DNA of 64,000 nucleotides from an uncultured Thermoplasmata archaeon (GCA_963768855.1 CAVYJM010000007.1:68600-132599); one strand, 5' to 3'. Positions 1-9,943 are shown, numbered from the stretch's first letter. Notes: a model not told the origin generated them from the letters alone. Translations and numbers: made by a program.

Positions 1-249
1 GCCGGACGCGTCGGTCACTCGGATCTCGTGAACCGAGTCCGCATTTCGGGTCCTTCTCCCGGAGTCCATGAAGGCTGCCTGGAGGAGAACTCACGTTTGC
101 GTCGTAAATCCAGGGAGGAACGACCCACTTCAGGCCTTCCGTGCCGTTTACATTCGGTAATCCGTACGTAAATGGGGAGGGGGCTGTTGCCGTCTTGACA
201 ACCCATAGTTCCATATGTCCACATAGAACTATAGGGATGGCAGAAGTCC

Positions 250-402
250 ATGGCAAAGAATGTCAAGGAAGTCACCACGATCCAGCTCACGCCCAGCACA
301 CGCGACCGGCTGTACCGCCTGAAGTTCCGGGCGACCTACGACGAGTTTCTCAACGAGCTCTGTGACTTGTACGAGTCCGCCAATCACAGTGAACGGAAAT
401 AG
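250..402 (+). CDS. Small ribbon-helix-helix (RHH)/antitoxin-like DNA-binding protein, 50 aa
   Basis: Translated by hand, not in the ORF track: MAKNVKEVTTIQLTPSTRDRLYRLKFRATYDEFLNELCDLYESANHSERK. The TTIQL..TRDRL..LK...TYDE.L..L pattern resembles archaeal RHH micro-proteins. Confidence 0.6.
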   Translation: MAKNVKEVTTIQLTPSTRDRLYRLKFRATYDEFLNELCDLYESANHSERK

Positions 403-549
403 ACATCGTCTAGTCGGTTTAGCATCCACATATAACTTCATATGGTAATCCGGTTACAGCTATACTTTTCCAATCAGCGACCGAAACCACGGTTTTCTGA
501 CACCCGGCTGCAAGGGTTATGTGCAGGGAGGCCAATGCGTCGGCGTTCC

Positions 550-1926
550 ATGCTGTCCTGGGTGGAGAAGTACCGACCCGCAAGCCTCGACGAAGTCGTC
601 GGCAATCCGGCGGCGGTCGCGGATCTCCGGAAGTGGGCCGACGCGTGGGCGAAGGGCCGGCCGGATAAGAAGGCCGTGATCCTCCAAGGCGATCCGGGGA
701 TCGGGAAGACCACCGCTGCCCTCGCCCTGGCCCGTGAGATGGGCTGGACCCTCATCGAGATGAACGCTTCGGACAGCCGCAACGCGGATGCGATCGAGAA
801 GACCGCGACCCGCGGGTCCGTCCTCCAGACCTTCTCCCCGACGGGGGAGTTCCTCCGCACGGAGCAGGGCGGGCGCAAGCTCATCGTCCTGGACGAGGCG
901 GACAACGTGTTCGGCCGGGAGGACAAGGGCGGGATCGCCGCGATCGTCAGCCTGATCCAGAACACCCGCCAGCCCGTGATCCTGATTGCGAACGACTACT
1001 ACGAGCTCACGCGGCGGTCGTCGTCGTTGAAGCGTTTATGTCGGACCATTAAATTCCAACCCATTAACAGGGCCGCCATGAAAAGTCTACTTCGCAGCAT
1101 CTCCCTCAAGGAGGGGGTGCAGGTGGACGAGGACGTCCTCGAGTTCATCGTCGAGCGGTCCCAAGGCGACCTCCGCTCCGCGATCAACGATCTCGAGTCA
1201 ATCGCCCTGGGCAAGAAGGAGCTCCGCAGCGACTCGACCTCATCCCTCGGGAACCGGGACCGGGAGCGGACGATCTTCGTGGCCCTCGAGGAGATCTTCC
1301 GGTCGGGGGACGCTCGTCGTGTGCGCGAATCCGTGCTCGCCCTCGACGAATCACCCGAAGACCTCATCCTCTGGGTCGACCACAACCTCCCATACGAGTA
1401 CACGACCGCCGCGGACCGGGCCCGCGGCTTCGAACGCCTGAGCCGAGCGGACACCTACCTGGGGCGGGTCCGGCGACGACAGGACTACGGGCTCTGGTCG
1501 TTCGCGAGCGAGATGATGTCCATCGGGGTCGCCACGGCCCGCCGAGACCGCCCGCGGGGAGGGCAGCTGGGCTTCCCGCAGTACCTCCTCCAGATGTCGC
1601 GCTCCCGAGGCCGCCGGATGGCGCGGAACTCGCTCGCGAAGAAGATCGGAGGGCACCTGCACACTTCGTCCGCGGTCGCCCGGAACGATCTCCTGCCCGC
1701 GTTCAAGGCCCTGTTCAACGGAGACGAGGAGCTCCGGGTCCAGATGACCGCCGTCCTCGGCCTCGAGGACAAGGAGATCGCTTACCTGCTCGACGAGAGC
1801 GAGGACAGCCACGCGGTCAAGCACCTGCTCGAGCGTGCGGGTCAGATCGAGGGCGGACGCCGCGGACCCGGGACGCCGGCGTCAGGACTCGCGAGTTTTG
1901 ATGAGGAGGCCTCCGATGAAGGTTGA
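550..1926 (+). CDS. rfcL: Replication factor C large subunit
   Basis: SWVEKYRP N-terminal motif, Walker A GDPGIGKT, EMNASD, Walker B LIVLDEAD, GDLRSAINDL. Start moved to ATG 550 within ORF 442..1926. Confidence 0.95.
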   Translation: MLSWVEKYRPASLDEVVGNPAAVADLRKWADAWAKGRPDKKAVILQGDPGIGKTTAALALAREMGWTLIEMNASDSRNADAIEKTATRGSVLQTFSPTGEFLRTEQGGRKLIVLDEADNVFGREDKGGIAAIVSLIQNTRQPVILIANDYYELTRRSSSLKRLCRTIKFQPINRAAMKSLLRSISLKEGVQVDEDVLEFIVERSQGDLRSAINDLESIALGKKELRSDSTSSLGNRDRERTIFVALEEIFRSGDARRVRESVLALDESPEDLILWVDHNLPYEYTTAADRARGFERLSRADTYLGRVRRRQDYGLWSFASEMMSIGVATARRDRPRGGQLGFPQYLLQMSRSRGRRMARNSLAKKIGGHLHTSSAVARNDLLPAFKALFNGDEELRVQMTAVLGLEDKEIAYLLDESEDSHAVKHLLERAGQIEGGRRGPGTPASGLASFDEEASDEG

Positions 1927-2434
1927 GGACCTGAACAGCCAGCGCCATCTCGTCGGCCGGCGGATCCGTATGGCGGACGCCGAGGTGCTTACGAAGTACG
2001 TCTTCCCGTTCGTGGATGCTGCATGGTCCGTGCCTTTCTACATGATCGACGCGATGACGTACGGCCCGCGGGTGTACCGGGGCACCCTCGAGATCCGCTC
2101 GGGTAACCTTCACACGTCCGAACCCACTTCGAAACTGGAGAGCGTCACCGTGATCCCGACGGCCCGGTTCGAGGAGGTCGTCCACTTCGACCCGTGGTGG
2201 GTCTTCCGGGGGATCGCGGGTGTGGACCGTGCATGGGTCGACGCCGTCCTGGGGTCGAACATTGCGGGGACCTTCAACCACGAGGGGACGACGTACAAGC
2301 TCCACGACCTCGAGTTCGACCCGAGCCTCCGGACCCTGAACGGGCTGGTCGCGAAGGACCCCGTGTTCCGCGACCGGACGTTCCGCAAGGGGGACCTCGG
2401 ACTCCTCGAGCTCCGGAAGCCCGTCCGGAAGTGA
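1916..2434 (+). CDS. Hypothetical protein (172 aa) overlapping the rfcL stop
   Basis: ATG at 1916 after a GAGGAGG SD-like site, host-like codon usage, globular composition (MKVEDLNSQRHLVGRR...). Confidence 0.7.
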   Translation: MKVEDLNSQRHLVGRRIRMADAEVLTKYVFPFVDAAWSVPFYMIDAMTYGPRVYRGTLEIRSGNLHTSEPTSKLESVTVIPTARFEEVVHFDPWWVFRGIAGVDRAWVDAVLGSNIAGTFNHEGTTYKLHDLEFDPSLRTLNGLVAKDPVFRDRTFRKGDLGLLELRKPVRK

Positions 2435-2504
2435 GAGGGCCGTGACTCTTCGGTCAACCGAAATGCCCAAAGGGCTTTTAGAGAGCTCTCGCTTGCCAGG
2501 CACG

Positions 2505-3443
2505 ATGGACCCGGAGCGGCAAGAAGTCCTGGAGCGCCAGGGGTACCGAATCGTCGGAAACCACAGCGGCGTCAAGCTCTGCCACTGGACGAAGGCGAGC
2601 CTGACGAAGGGCGTCGGCTGCTACAAGCAGACCTTCTACGGGATCGACAGCCACCGCTGCCTCCAGATGACGCCGACCGTCGACGCGTGCAACCTGGGCT
2701 GCATGTTCTGCTGGCGGACCCAGGAGTGGGGCTCCGACTCCCTCCTCGAGGCGGACGATCCTGCGTTCATCGTGGACGAGTCCCTCCGCGCGCAGCGGGA
2801 GCTGCTCAGCGGGTACGGGGGCAACCCGAAGGTCTCCAAGGAGAGGTTCGACGAGGCGTGGAACCCGAACCAGGTCGCCATCAGCCTCACGGGAGAGCCG
2901 ACCTTGTACCGCCGGCTTGGCGAGATGATCGACGAGTTCAAGCGGCGGAACATGACGACGTTCCTCGTGACGAACGGCACGACGCCCGCCGTCCTGCGGC
3001 GCATGCACGAGGAGGGCCGTCTCCCGACGCAGCTCTACGTCACGGTCGCTGCTCCGAACGAGACGATCTACCAGCGGCTCATGGCACCCAAGTCGGACCA
3101 CGAGTTCCGAAAGCTCCAGGAGACGCTCGCCCTGCTCCCCAGCCTGCCCACGCGCACGGTCGTGCGGCATACGCTCGTCGACGGGTGGAACCTCGGATGG
3201 GAAGAGGAGTACGCGGCCCTCGACCTCGCGGGAAAGCCGAGGTTCATCGAGTGCAAAGGATACAGCTTCGTGGGGGAGAGCCGGTTGCGCCTGAAGGCGG
3301 AGAACATGCCCTCGCACGCCTCGATCCGCCGCTTCGCCGAGCGCCTCGCCGACCTGACGGGGTACGGGATCGCTGCGGAGCGGGAGGACAGCCGAGTCGT
3401 GCTCCTGACCACGGACGGTCGGCTGCACCCTATTCCCACCTAG
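2505..3443 (+). CDS. taw1: 4-demethylwyosine synthase Taw1/TYW1 (radical SAM)
   Basis: HSGVKLCHWTK, CYKQTFYGIDSHRCLQMTP, CxxxCxxC (CNLGCMFC), AISLTGEPTLY, FIECKGY. Confidence 0.93.
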   Translation: MDPERQEVLERQGYRIVGNHSGVKLCHWTKASLTKGVGCYKQTFYGIDSHRCLQMTPTVDACNLGCMFCWRTQEWGSDSLLEADDPAFIVDESLRAQRELLSGYGGNPKVSKERFDEAWNPNQVAISLTGEPTLYRRLGEMIDEFKRRNMTTFLVTNGTTPAVLRRMHEEGRLPTQLYVTVAAPNETIYQRLMAPKSDHEFRKLQETLALLPSLPTRTVVRHTLVDGWNLGWEEEYAALDLAGKPRFIECKGYSFVGESRLRLKAENMPSHASIRRFAERLADLTGYGIAAEREDSRVVLLTTDGRLHPIPT

Positions 3444-3497
3444 AACAATCGGGTCGTCGGCCTTAATACGGGGTGTCCGGATGCGCGGCCGAGCCTC

Positions 3498-4031
3498 GTG
3501 GCGGACATCTGGACGGATTTCATCAACCTCCTCCTCGGCGCCTACGTGAATCCCCTCATCTTCCTCCCGCTCGTCTTCCTCTACGCGATCGCGATCGCCG
3601 CGATCCTGCCGATCCCGATCGAACTCAGCCTCATCGCCCCCATCCTGGACCAGCAGTGGGGATACCTGGTCGCGATCGCGATCGCGCTCGCGGCCGGCAA
3701 GACGGTCGGGGCCTGGCTGATCTTCCTGCTCGGCGTGAAGGTCGAGGACAACATCCGGTGGTGGTCCGAGAAGTGGCGGTTCGCTAAGTGGTTCGTCGAG
3801 AAGGCAGACCTCTTCGTGCAGAAGACGGGATACCTGGGCCTGTACTTCCTGCTCAGCATCCCGCTCATGAGCGACACGATCCCGATCTACCTCTACTCCC
3901 TGTTCAACAAGGAGGGGAAGAGCCTCGAGCGCAACCTGTTCCTCGGCGCCAACTTCTTCGCGGCGCTGAACCGTGTCGCGGTCCTCGCAGGGCTCTTCCT
4001 CGTCGGCGTCGATCTCCTGCGCGGCGCGTGA
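3498..4031 (+). CDS. Membrane protein, DedA/VTT-like
   Basis: Several hydrophobic segments plus ILPIPIE, AAGKTVGAWLIFLLG and LSIPLMSDTIPIY motifs reminiscent of DedA/SNARE-associated proteins. Confidence 0.65.
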   Translation: MADIWTDFINLLLGAYVNPLIFLPLVFLYAIAIAAILPIPIELSLIAPILDQQWGYLVAIAIALAAGKTVGAWLIFLLGVKVEDNIRWWSEKWRFAKWFVEKADLFVQKTGYLGLYFLLSIPLMSDTIPIYLYSLFNKEGKSLERNLFLGANFFAALNRVAVLAGLFLVGVDLLRGA

Positions 4032-4068
4032 CCCATACCCTTATCCCGCTCCCCCCGATGGCGAGCGC

Positions 4069-5088
4069 GTGTTCGAGCTGCCCTCCATCCTCCGGGCCCC
4101 GGAGCTCCTTGACAAGGCCCTGGGGCGGGCGGGCAAGGCCACCTCGAAGGGACGGGACCGCGCGGAGAAGGCGCACAACCTTGCGGTGGCCAAGGTCCAG
4201 ACCGCCGGGCAGACGATCGAGAGTACGCTCCATGGCTACGTGAAGGCGTTCCCGACCCTCGACCGCCTCCCGCCGTTCTACCGCGAGCTCGTCGACATCC
4301 TGGTCGACCGGGACCGCCTCCGCCAGCACCTCGGGGCCGTCGACTGGGCCGCGGGGAAGGCCAAGGAGCTGACCCGCGCCTACGCGCGACGGATCGGCCG
4401 CGCATCGATGCAGGATATCCCCGCGCTCCGGAAGGAGGCGATCGGCCGCTTCGCGTCCATCGTGAACCAGGTTTCCGACGACCTGGATGCGCTCGTCGAG
4501 GCGCGGATCGCGCTGCGCAACATCCCGAGCTTGGACCCGGAGCTCCCCACGATCGTCGTCGCGGGCTACCCGAACGTGGGGAAGAGTGCCCTCGTGCGCG
4601 CGGTGTCGACCGGGAAGCCGAAGGTCGCCGCCTACCCCTTCACGACGCAGGGCGTGACGGTGGGGCACATCGACCGGGGCTACCAGCGCATCCAGATCCT
4701 GGACACGCCCGGGCTCCTGGACCGCCCGATGGAGAAGCGGAACAAGATCGAGCGGCAGGCCATCGCAGCCCTGCGCTACCTGGCGACCGTGGTCCTCTTC
4801 ATGCTCGACCCCACGGAGACCTGCGGGTACCCGCTCGACGACCAGCTGGGCCTCCTGCACTCCGTGATGGAGACCTTCCCGGACGCCCCGATCGTCGTCT
4901 TGGAGAACAAGTCCGACCTCGGAGGGGCCACCGCGGGCCATCTGCGCGGCTCGGCGCTGACCGGGGACGGCCTCCACGAACTGATGGACGTCCTCGCGGA
5001 GAAGGCTACCAGCCGCGGTCCTGGAGGCGCGCCTCGAGCGGGAGCGCCTTCGCGTCCGTCCCCTTCATCGGGAGCCCGAGGCCCTTAG
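4069..5088 (+). CDS. NOG1-family GTP-binding protein
   Basis: G1 GYPNVGKS, G2 YPFTT, G3 DTPG, NKIERQA, G4 NKSD, N-terminal helical NOG1 domain ([14 protein letters not shown]). Start GTG 4069. Confidence 0.9.
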   Translation: MFELPSILRAPELLDKALGRAGKATSKGRDRAEKAHNLAVAKVQTAGQTIESTLHGYVKAFPTLDRLPPFYRELVDILVDRDRLRQHLGAVDWAAGKAKELTRAYARRIGRASMQDIPALRKEAIGRFASIVNQVSDDLDALVEARIALRNIPSLDPELPTIVVAGYPNVGKSALVRAVSTGKPKVAAYPFTTQGVTVGHIDRGYQRIQILDTPGLLDRPMEKRNKIERQAIAALRYLATVVLFMLDPTETCGYPLDDQLGLLHSVMETFPDAPIVVLENKSDLGGATAGHLRGSALTGDGLHELMDVLAEKATSRGPGGAPRAGAPSRPSPSSGARGP

Positions 5089-6025
5089 ACACCTCGGCCA
5101 CGACGTTGGGATCGTCGAAGTGGGCGACTGCATCGACGACAGCGCGGCCGCGCTTCTCGGGATCCTCGGACTTGAAGATCCCCGAGCCGACGAACACGCC
5201 GTCGCATCCCATCAGCATCATGAGGGCGGCATCCGCGGGCGTCGCGACGCCTCCCGCCGCGAAGTTGACGACGGGGAGGCGGTGGATCTTCTTGACTTCG
5301 ATCAGGATCTGGAACAGGCCCTCCGTGACCTCGTCCAGGTTCTTCCCGGCGAAGACGACGTCGGCCTCTTTGACCGTCAAGTCCTCGCCCGCGATGGTCC
5401 GAATCTCCTTGAGGAGTCGGCCGTAGTTCTCGGAGAACTTCGTCGCAATCCTGTAGAGCTGCTCCTTGTCCCGCTCCTTGAGCTCCGCGATCGCCTCGTT
5501 GACCATCCAGACGTGGCGCGTCGCCTCGACGATATCGCCCGTGCCGGCCTCGCCCTTCGTGCGGATCATCGCGGCGCCCTCGTAGATCCGGCGCACGGCC
5601 TCTCCCAGGTTGCGGCACCCGCAGACGAACGGCACGTTGAACTCGCGCTTGTTGACGTGGAAGAACGGATCGGCGGGCGTCAGGACCTCGGACTCGTCGA
5701 TCATGTCGACGCCGAGGGCCTCGAGGGCCTTCGCCTCGGCGACGTGCCCGATCCGGCACTTCGCCATCACCGGGATCGTGACCGCGTCCATGATTTCCTG
5801 GATCTTCGTCGGGTCCGCCATGCGGGCCACGCCGCCCGCGGCGCGGATGTCCGCGGGGACGCGCTCGAGCGCCATGACCGCCACAGCGCCCGCCTCCTCG
5901 GCGATAGCCGCCTGCTCTGCGTTTGTGACGTCCATGATGACGCCTCCCTTCTGCATCTTCGCGAAGCCGCGCTTCAGCAGCTCGGTCCCAAATCGGAGGC
6001 GGGTGAGGTCGAGGTCGAGGGGCAT
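5006..6025 (-). CDS. pdxS: Pyridoxal 5'-phosphate synthase lyase subunit PdxS
   Basis: [65 protein letters not shown]. Carries a ~40-aa insertion. Confidence 0.96.
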   Translation of the reverse strand: MPLDLDLTRLRFGTELLKRGFAKMQKGGVIMDVTNAEQAAIAEEAGAVAVMALERVPADIRAAGGVARMADPTKIQEIMDAVTIPVMAKCRIGHVAEAKALEALGVDMIDESEVLTPADPFFHVNKREFNVPFVCGCRNLGEAVRRIYEGAAMIRTKGEAGTGDIVEATRHVWMVNEAIAELKERDKEQLYRIATKFSENYGRLLKEIRTIAGEDLTVKEADVVFAGKNLDEVTEGLFQILIEVKKIHRLPVVNFAAGGVATPADAALMMLMGCDGVFVGSGIFKSEDPEKRGRAVVDAVAHFDDPNVVAEVSKGLGLPMKGTDAKALPLEARLQDRGW

Positions 6026-6152
6026 GGCTGCACTCCCGTCGGGACTTACGGGACCTGGGTATTTCTAGGTGTCGATAAGGCAGCCGTGGAAACCACATTC
6101 CTATCCCTACGGTGGCCACCTGTCGAACCACAAAAGCGTACCTTGGCGGGAC

Positions 6153-6479
6153 CTACTCGCGGATCGTGAAGGACAGCATCTTGCCCCGGCCCCGGACTCC
6201 GACTTTGATGCCCGGAAGCCGCCGGGAAAGGGAGTTCGCCAGGACGGGGGCCCGCTTCTCGTCCGCATAGCTCCCGTGGAGCTTCAGGGGGGCCGGGACG
6301 TCTTCGATCTTGAGCACGAGGAGCCCTCCGTGGTCGTCTATGGCCTTCCGGAGGGCCGTTTGCACGTCTGCGGGCAGCCGCAGATCGGGCCGCCGCCCAT
6401 GGTCCGCCTCACTGCGGACTTCAACCGTGTAGTGCAGTTCTGTTCTGATCACTTGCCACAGAAGCAAGCGCCCCGACAT
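6153..6479 (-). CDS. Hypothetical protein (~108 aa)
   Basis: ORF 6153..6497 with globular-looking sequence. Likely start ATG 6479 (MSGRLLLWQ). No recognised family. Confidence 0.45.
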   Translation of the reverse strand: MSGRLLLWQVIRTELHYTVEVRSEADHGRRPDLRLPADVQTALRKAIDDHGGLLVLKIEDVPAPLKLHGSYADEKRAPVLANSLSRRLPGIKVGVRGRGKMLSFTIRE

Positions 6480-6808
6480 AGGATTGGGGACCGACACGCA
6501 CGTTGGACCCGTCGGGACGGACCAAACTTCTCGTGTCGATGACCGGCGTAATGGAACCTGAGGCCGGTTAGGCCTTCACCAGGGTCTTGGCGGGACACTT
6601 GACAGGAACATCCGGCCTTGAACTGAACCACCCGGGGTGAGAAGCCACCGCAGGGTGCCTAACGGATAATGGGTGTGAAACCACCCCTCCTCACGGACGC
6701 CGCATCGCCTCTCGTGAATCTACCGGTTTGCATGTGTGGAAGAGTGTTCCCGGCGGGGAGCAAGCGTGCGCATGGTGCAAATCCGATGGATCCCAGGCAT
6801 TGAACGAG

Positions 6809-6949
6809 TCACGGCACCAGGAGGGCCTTCACGAGAGCCGCCCGGGAGGGCCGGCTGGTGGCTAGGAGGACCGCGAGTGCGACAAGGAGTGCGAAGACGA
6901 CGGCACCCGCGCGGGCAGGACGAATTCGGATCGACCTCTGCGCGGCCAT
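6809..6949 (-). CDS. Putative small membrane or secreted peptide, 46 aa
   Basis: MAAQRSIRIRPARAGAVVFALLVALAVLLATSRPSRAALVKALLVP: basic N-terminus followed by a hydrophobic helix, directly downstream of the EamA gene. Confidence 0.35.
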   Translation of the reverse strand: MAAQRSIRIRPARAGAVVFALLVALAVLLATSRPSRAALVKALLVP

Positions 6950-6992
6950 GTCCACGCGGGGGAAAACGCTTTCCCAGGAAACCCCAGCGCGA

Positions 6993-7856
6993 TCAGGCCC
7001 CAGACAGCAAGATGATCCCGAGGATGAAGGCCACCAGGGCGACCGCGATCCGCCAATCGAGCTTCTCCTTGAGGAAGGCGGCCGCGCCGAGCGTGGCGAT
7101 GATGGGATACGTGCCGGAAATGGGCGCGACGAACGCTGCGGGCCCGAGGTCATACGCGATCGTGAGGGCGACCGCGCTTAGCCCGCCTGCAAGGAACACG
7201 AAGAGGCCGAGCTGCCAGGTCTTCCGCGACGGCGGATCTCCAGGGACTCCGTGGCGCCTTCGAAGGACCGCATACGCGAGCGTGACGCCTAGGTACCCGG
7301 ATGCGAGGAGGAGATCGAGGTTGCCCTCGCCGAGCGCACTCACGCTCGTCTTGACCAGGAACCCCCAGATCCCCCAGACGAAGAATCCCGCGAGGCTCAG
7401 GAGGACCGCAACCTGGCGGGAGGCGTCCCGGCGCTTCGGCTCGTACGCCAGGACGAGGATGCAGAGCATGATCAGGGCGATGCCGAGGACTGGGGAGAGA
7501 CCGAGGGTCTCACCCAGGAAGGCCACGCTGAGGACGACCGTCAGCATGGGGCAGGCCGCGGAGATCGTGCCGACGAGGCCCACGCTCCCCACGCGCATCC
7601 CCTCGTAGAAGAAAAGGTATCCGATCGCGCCGAGGATGCCCGCGGAGATCGCGGCGGCCGGAAAGAGTGGGTCCGCGGGCAAGGGACCGCGCGGGAGGAC
7701 GAGCCCGACGAGGCCGAAGGCCGCCCCCTCGATCAGCGTCGTGCCGAGACCCATCGTCCGCGGGCCAAGGCGGTCCGTGCTGGGTTTCGCGGCGAGCGTG
7801 CCCAGCCCCCAGATCACGGTGCCGCCGAGGACCCACGCGAGCCAGTCCAGCGCCAT
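6993..7856 (-). CDS. EamA/DMT-family transporter
   Basis: Two repeated 5-TM halves, ~290 aa, with GLVGTISAACP...FLGETL and AFVAPISGTYP...FLKEKL motifs. Confidence 0.88.
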   Translation of the reverse strand: MALDWLAWVLGGTVIWGLGTLAAKPSTDRLGPRTMGLGTTLIEGAAFGLVGLVLPRGPLPADPLFPAAAISAGILGAIGYLFFYEGMRVGSVGLVGTISAACPMLTVVLSVAFLGETLGLSPVLGIALIMLCILVLAYEPKRRDASRQVAVLLSLAGFFVWGIWGFLVKTSVSALGEGNLDLLLASGYLGVTLAYAVLRRRHGVPGDPPSRKTWQLGLFVFLAGGLSAVALTIAYDLGPAAFVAPISGTYPIIATLGAAAFLKEKLDWRIAVALVAFILGIILLSGA

Positions 7857-8228
7857 TTCGCGCTGGGAGGGGGACGCGGGTCATGAGGTTTGCCGTGAGG
7901 GCATGAGCCTTAGGGCTGCTGCGTTCGACCCGCTACTCCGGCGGATCACACGGGCGTGAGCGCGTGCCCGCACTGGCCGCAGAGCGCGGTCTCGACCGCG
8001 ACGGGCGCGGTCGTCGAAGACCATTCGGAGGACCATGGGACGCGAATCCGTGGGTAGGCGTGTGGTACCTCCCTACAGATCCTCCACGCATCACCTGCGC
8101 GGCTGCGGGTCTCTCCGCTGCCCTCGCACGGGGTCGGCATACTGGGGAACGGTCCGGCATCTCACCCGGTCGAGCGGGGCCGCACTACGGCGCGACCGCG
8201 ACGCCTCGCTCCGACAGGCATCGGGCTG

Positions 8229-8281
8229 GTCCGTCCCGGCATCGCCCTTCCGGCCGCTCGTGGGCGACGGGGCGGGGGCAC
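8229..8281 (-). repeat. Dispersed repeat, copy A
   Basis: Reverse complement GTGCCCCCGCCCCGTCGCCCACGAGCGGCCGGAAGGGCGATGCCGGGACGGAC. Matches 9807..9842 (one mismatch, one indel) and 60374..60414 (37/41 nt). Confidence 0.75.
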
Positions 8282-8453
8282 GTTCCCGGTCAAGCTGGAA
8301 GAGGAGCAGTGAGCATGGGAACACGATTCATGCGGTGGACGACGCGCCGAGCGATCCACGCGACCACGACGACGACCATGTGGGAGGACCTCTCACACTT
8401 CTCTGTGAACTGCTAGCACCAAAACGTTGAAGATGCCCTCGACCGCTTAAGGT

Positions 8454-9425
8454 GTGGATCTGAACGCGTTGAAGGCTAGGCTTGGTATCTACGTCCCCAC
8501 GTACAAGGGATGGGTGAGAGGGGTTGACGAGGGCGAGAACGATCCCACTTTCCAGTATGCTGCTGAGACGACCGCCAAAGCTGAGGAGATCGGCATTGAC
8601 TCCATATGGGTTGCAGATCATCTTCTGAATCCGCAGAAAGGGGAGCGGGAAAAGTCCCTTGAAGCCTGGACAACCCTGACGGCCCTCGCAGTCATCACCA
8701 AGAGGATGGAGCTCTTCAACACTACACTGTGCCAAGGCTTTCGGCACCCAGCCGTCCTAGCGAAGATGTGCGCCACTTTGGACGACATCTCCAATGGCAG
8801 ATTTCGGTTCGTCCTGGGGGCGGGATGGTTCAAGAGAGAATTCCAATCGTACGGCGTACCTTGGGATGAGGACCACGACACTAGAATTGATAGAGCGAGG
8901 GAGCAGTTAGAGATCATCAAATCCCTCTGGACCCAGCCAACGACCAACATCAAGGGGCGGTTCTACGAGATCATCGACGGCATTCTTGAACCCAAACCCT
9001 TCCAGAAGCCGCATCCTCCCATATGGTGGGGCGGACAATCAGAGAAGTCACGGGAGCTGGTTGCGGATCTAGCCGACGGCTGGTTAATGCATAGCTCCAC
9101 CCTCCAAGAAGCCGAGGAGAAAGTCAGTGACATGACTAGAAGGCTTCAAGCAAAAGGAAGAACAGGAATGAAGTACGCGATTCCCGGCAGAGTGTATATG
9201 GGAAAGACTGAGGAAGACGCGAAGAAGCGAGTAGAGAAACTAGTCGGCGGAAACGCCGGCTTGCTGGAAGAGATTCTTGCGCGAGACTTCGTCGGTTCAC
9301 CTCAGACCATCGCAGAGAGAATACATCGCCTCTCGGAAATTGGCTTTGATTATGTAATCCTCCAGCCTTCTCCAGCGTTGAAGACACTTGCCCAGATAGA
9401 AGAGCAATTGATTCCCATTCTGTGA
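8454..9425 (+). CDS. LLM-class (luciferase-like) flavin-dependent oxidoreductase
   Basis: AEEIGIDSIWVADHL, EAWTTLTALA, RHPAVLAKMCATLDDISNGRF, PKPFQKPHPPIWWGG. Lower GC than flanking genes. Start could be TTG 8469. Confidence 0.9.
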   Translation: MDLNALKARLGIYVPTYKGWVRGVDEGENDPTFQYAAETTAKAEEIGIDSIWVADHLLNPQKGEREKSLEAWTTLTALAVITKRMELFNTTLCQGFRHPAVLAKMCATLDDISNGRFRFVLGAGWFKREFQSYGVPWDEDHDTRIDRAREQLEIIKSLWTQPTTNIKGRFYEIIDGILEPKPFQKPHPPIWWGGQSEKSRELVADLADGWLMHSSTLQEAEEKVSDMTRRLQAKGRTGMKYAIPGRVYMGKTEEDAKKRVEKLVGGNAGLLEEILARDFVGSPQTIAERIHRLSEIGFDYVILQPSPALKTLAQIEEQLIPIL

Positions 9426-9488
9426 CCGACATGCAACATTTGGAATTCCTTGATCTTTGGCGCGGGGCGCGGTGCTGGAAAAGTTCGG

Positions 9489-9587
9489 CCCCGCCGGGTT
9501 GAACCACTTGCTCAGGCTCTACGCCAGTACCAGAATCGAAGGACGGTCCTCCTCCTGGAGCGGCCGCAGCACGTAGCGCGATTTCAC
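9489..9587 (-). pseudogene. N-terminal remnant of a GNAT acetyltransferase with an in-frame TAG
   Basis: VKSRYVLRPLQEEDRPSILVLA*SLSKWFNPAG (TAG at 9519-9521). Resembles a GNAT N-terminus; similarity is lost beyond this point. Confidence 0.45.
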
Positions 9588-9806
9588 GTGGCCCACGTCA
9601 GCTTGTGCGATGCTGCACGGTATATCCTTTCGGCTCCGACCGGAGCCGTAGTCCACGGCATCTTCGCTCCCTCCTCCCGGCGGCGGCCGTCAAACGGCTG
9701 AAGCTCAAGACGGTGGTAAGCATCCCCGCGGAAGTCCAGGCAATTCTAGTGTAGACCGAGACTTTTCGGTCTGTCCGCGGGCCTCACGGCCTCGGCCATT
9801 TTCCGT

Positions 9807-9842
9807 CTTCCGGCCGCTCGGGGGCGAACGGGGCGGGGGCAC
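9807..9842 (-). repeat. Dispersed repeat, copy B
   Basis: Plus strand cttccggccgctcgggggcgaacggggcgggggcac versus cttccggccgctcgtgggcgacggggcgggggcac at 8247..8281. Confidence 0.75.
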
Positions 9843-9943
9843 CTTTCCCTGTAGTGGCCGAACGCTGATGGTACGAACTCCGGACACCCTCATGGGAAAA
9901 CCGCCGCCGCACGAACTCGAGTCATCGGTGGGTGGCGCTCGGG

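Noticed and set aside
550-1926. rfcL without an adjacent small subunit gene
   Set aside because: Unlinked RFC subunits are common in this group.
5006-5088. Convergent 3' overlaps (NOG1/pdxS 83 nt; also regulator/ileS 32 nt at 14186-14217)
   Set aside because: Tail-to-tail overlaps are common in compact archaeal genomes, and the overlapping residues are non-conserved tails.
5290-5480. ~40-aa insertion in PdxS and absence of pdxT
   Set aside because: As I recall, Thermoplasmatales PdxS proteins are similarly long, and pdxT is often unlinked. Not novel, though not verified by search.
6748-6765. GGGAGCAAGC resembling SRP RNA helix 8
   Set aside because: It lacks the preceding CAGG..GGAA tetraloop and the rest of the SRP architecture.
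7933-8430. Competing short ORFs, including one ending in CGQCGH (7946..8140 minus)
   Set aside because: No frame has consistent coding bias or a recognisable family, and there is only one CxxC. Treated as decayed DNA.
9519-9521. In-frame TAG as possible pyrrolysine readthrough
   Set aside because: The GNAT fragment is truncated anyway and no pyl genes are in the window. A nonsense mutation is simpler.
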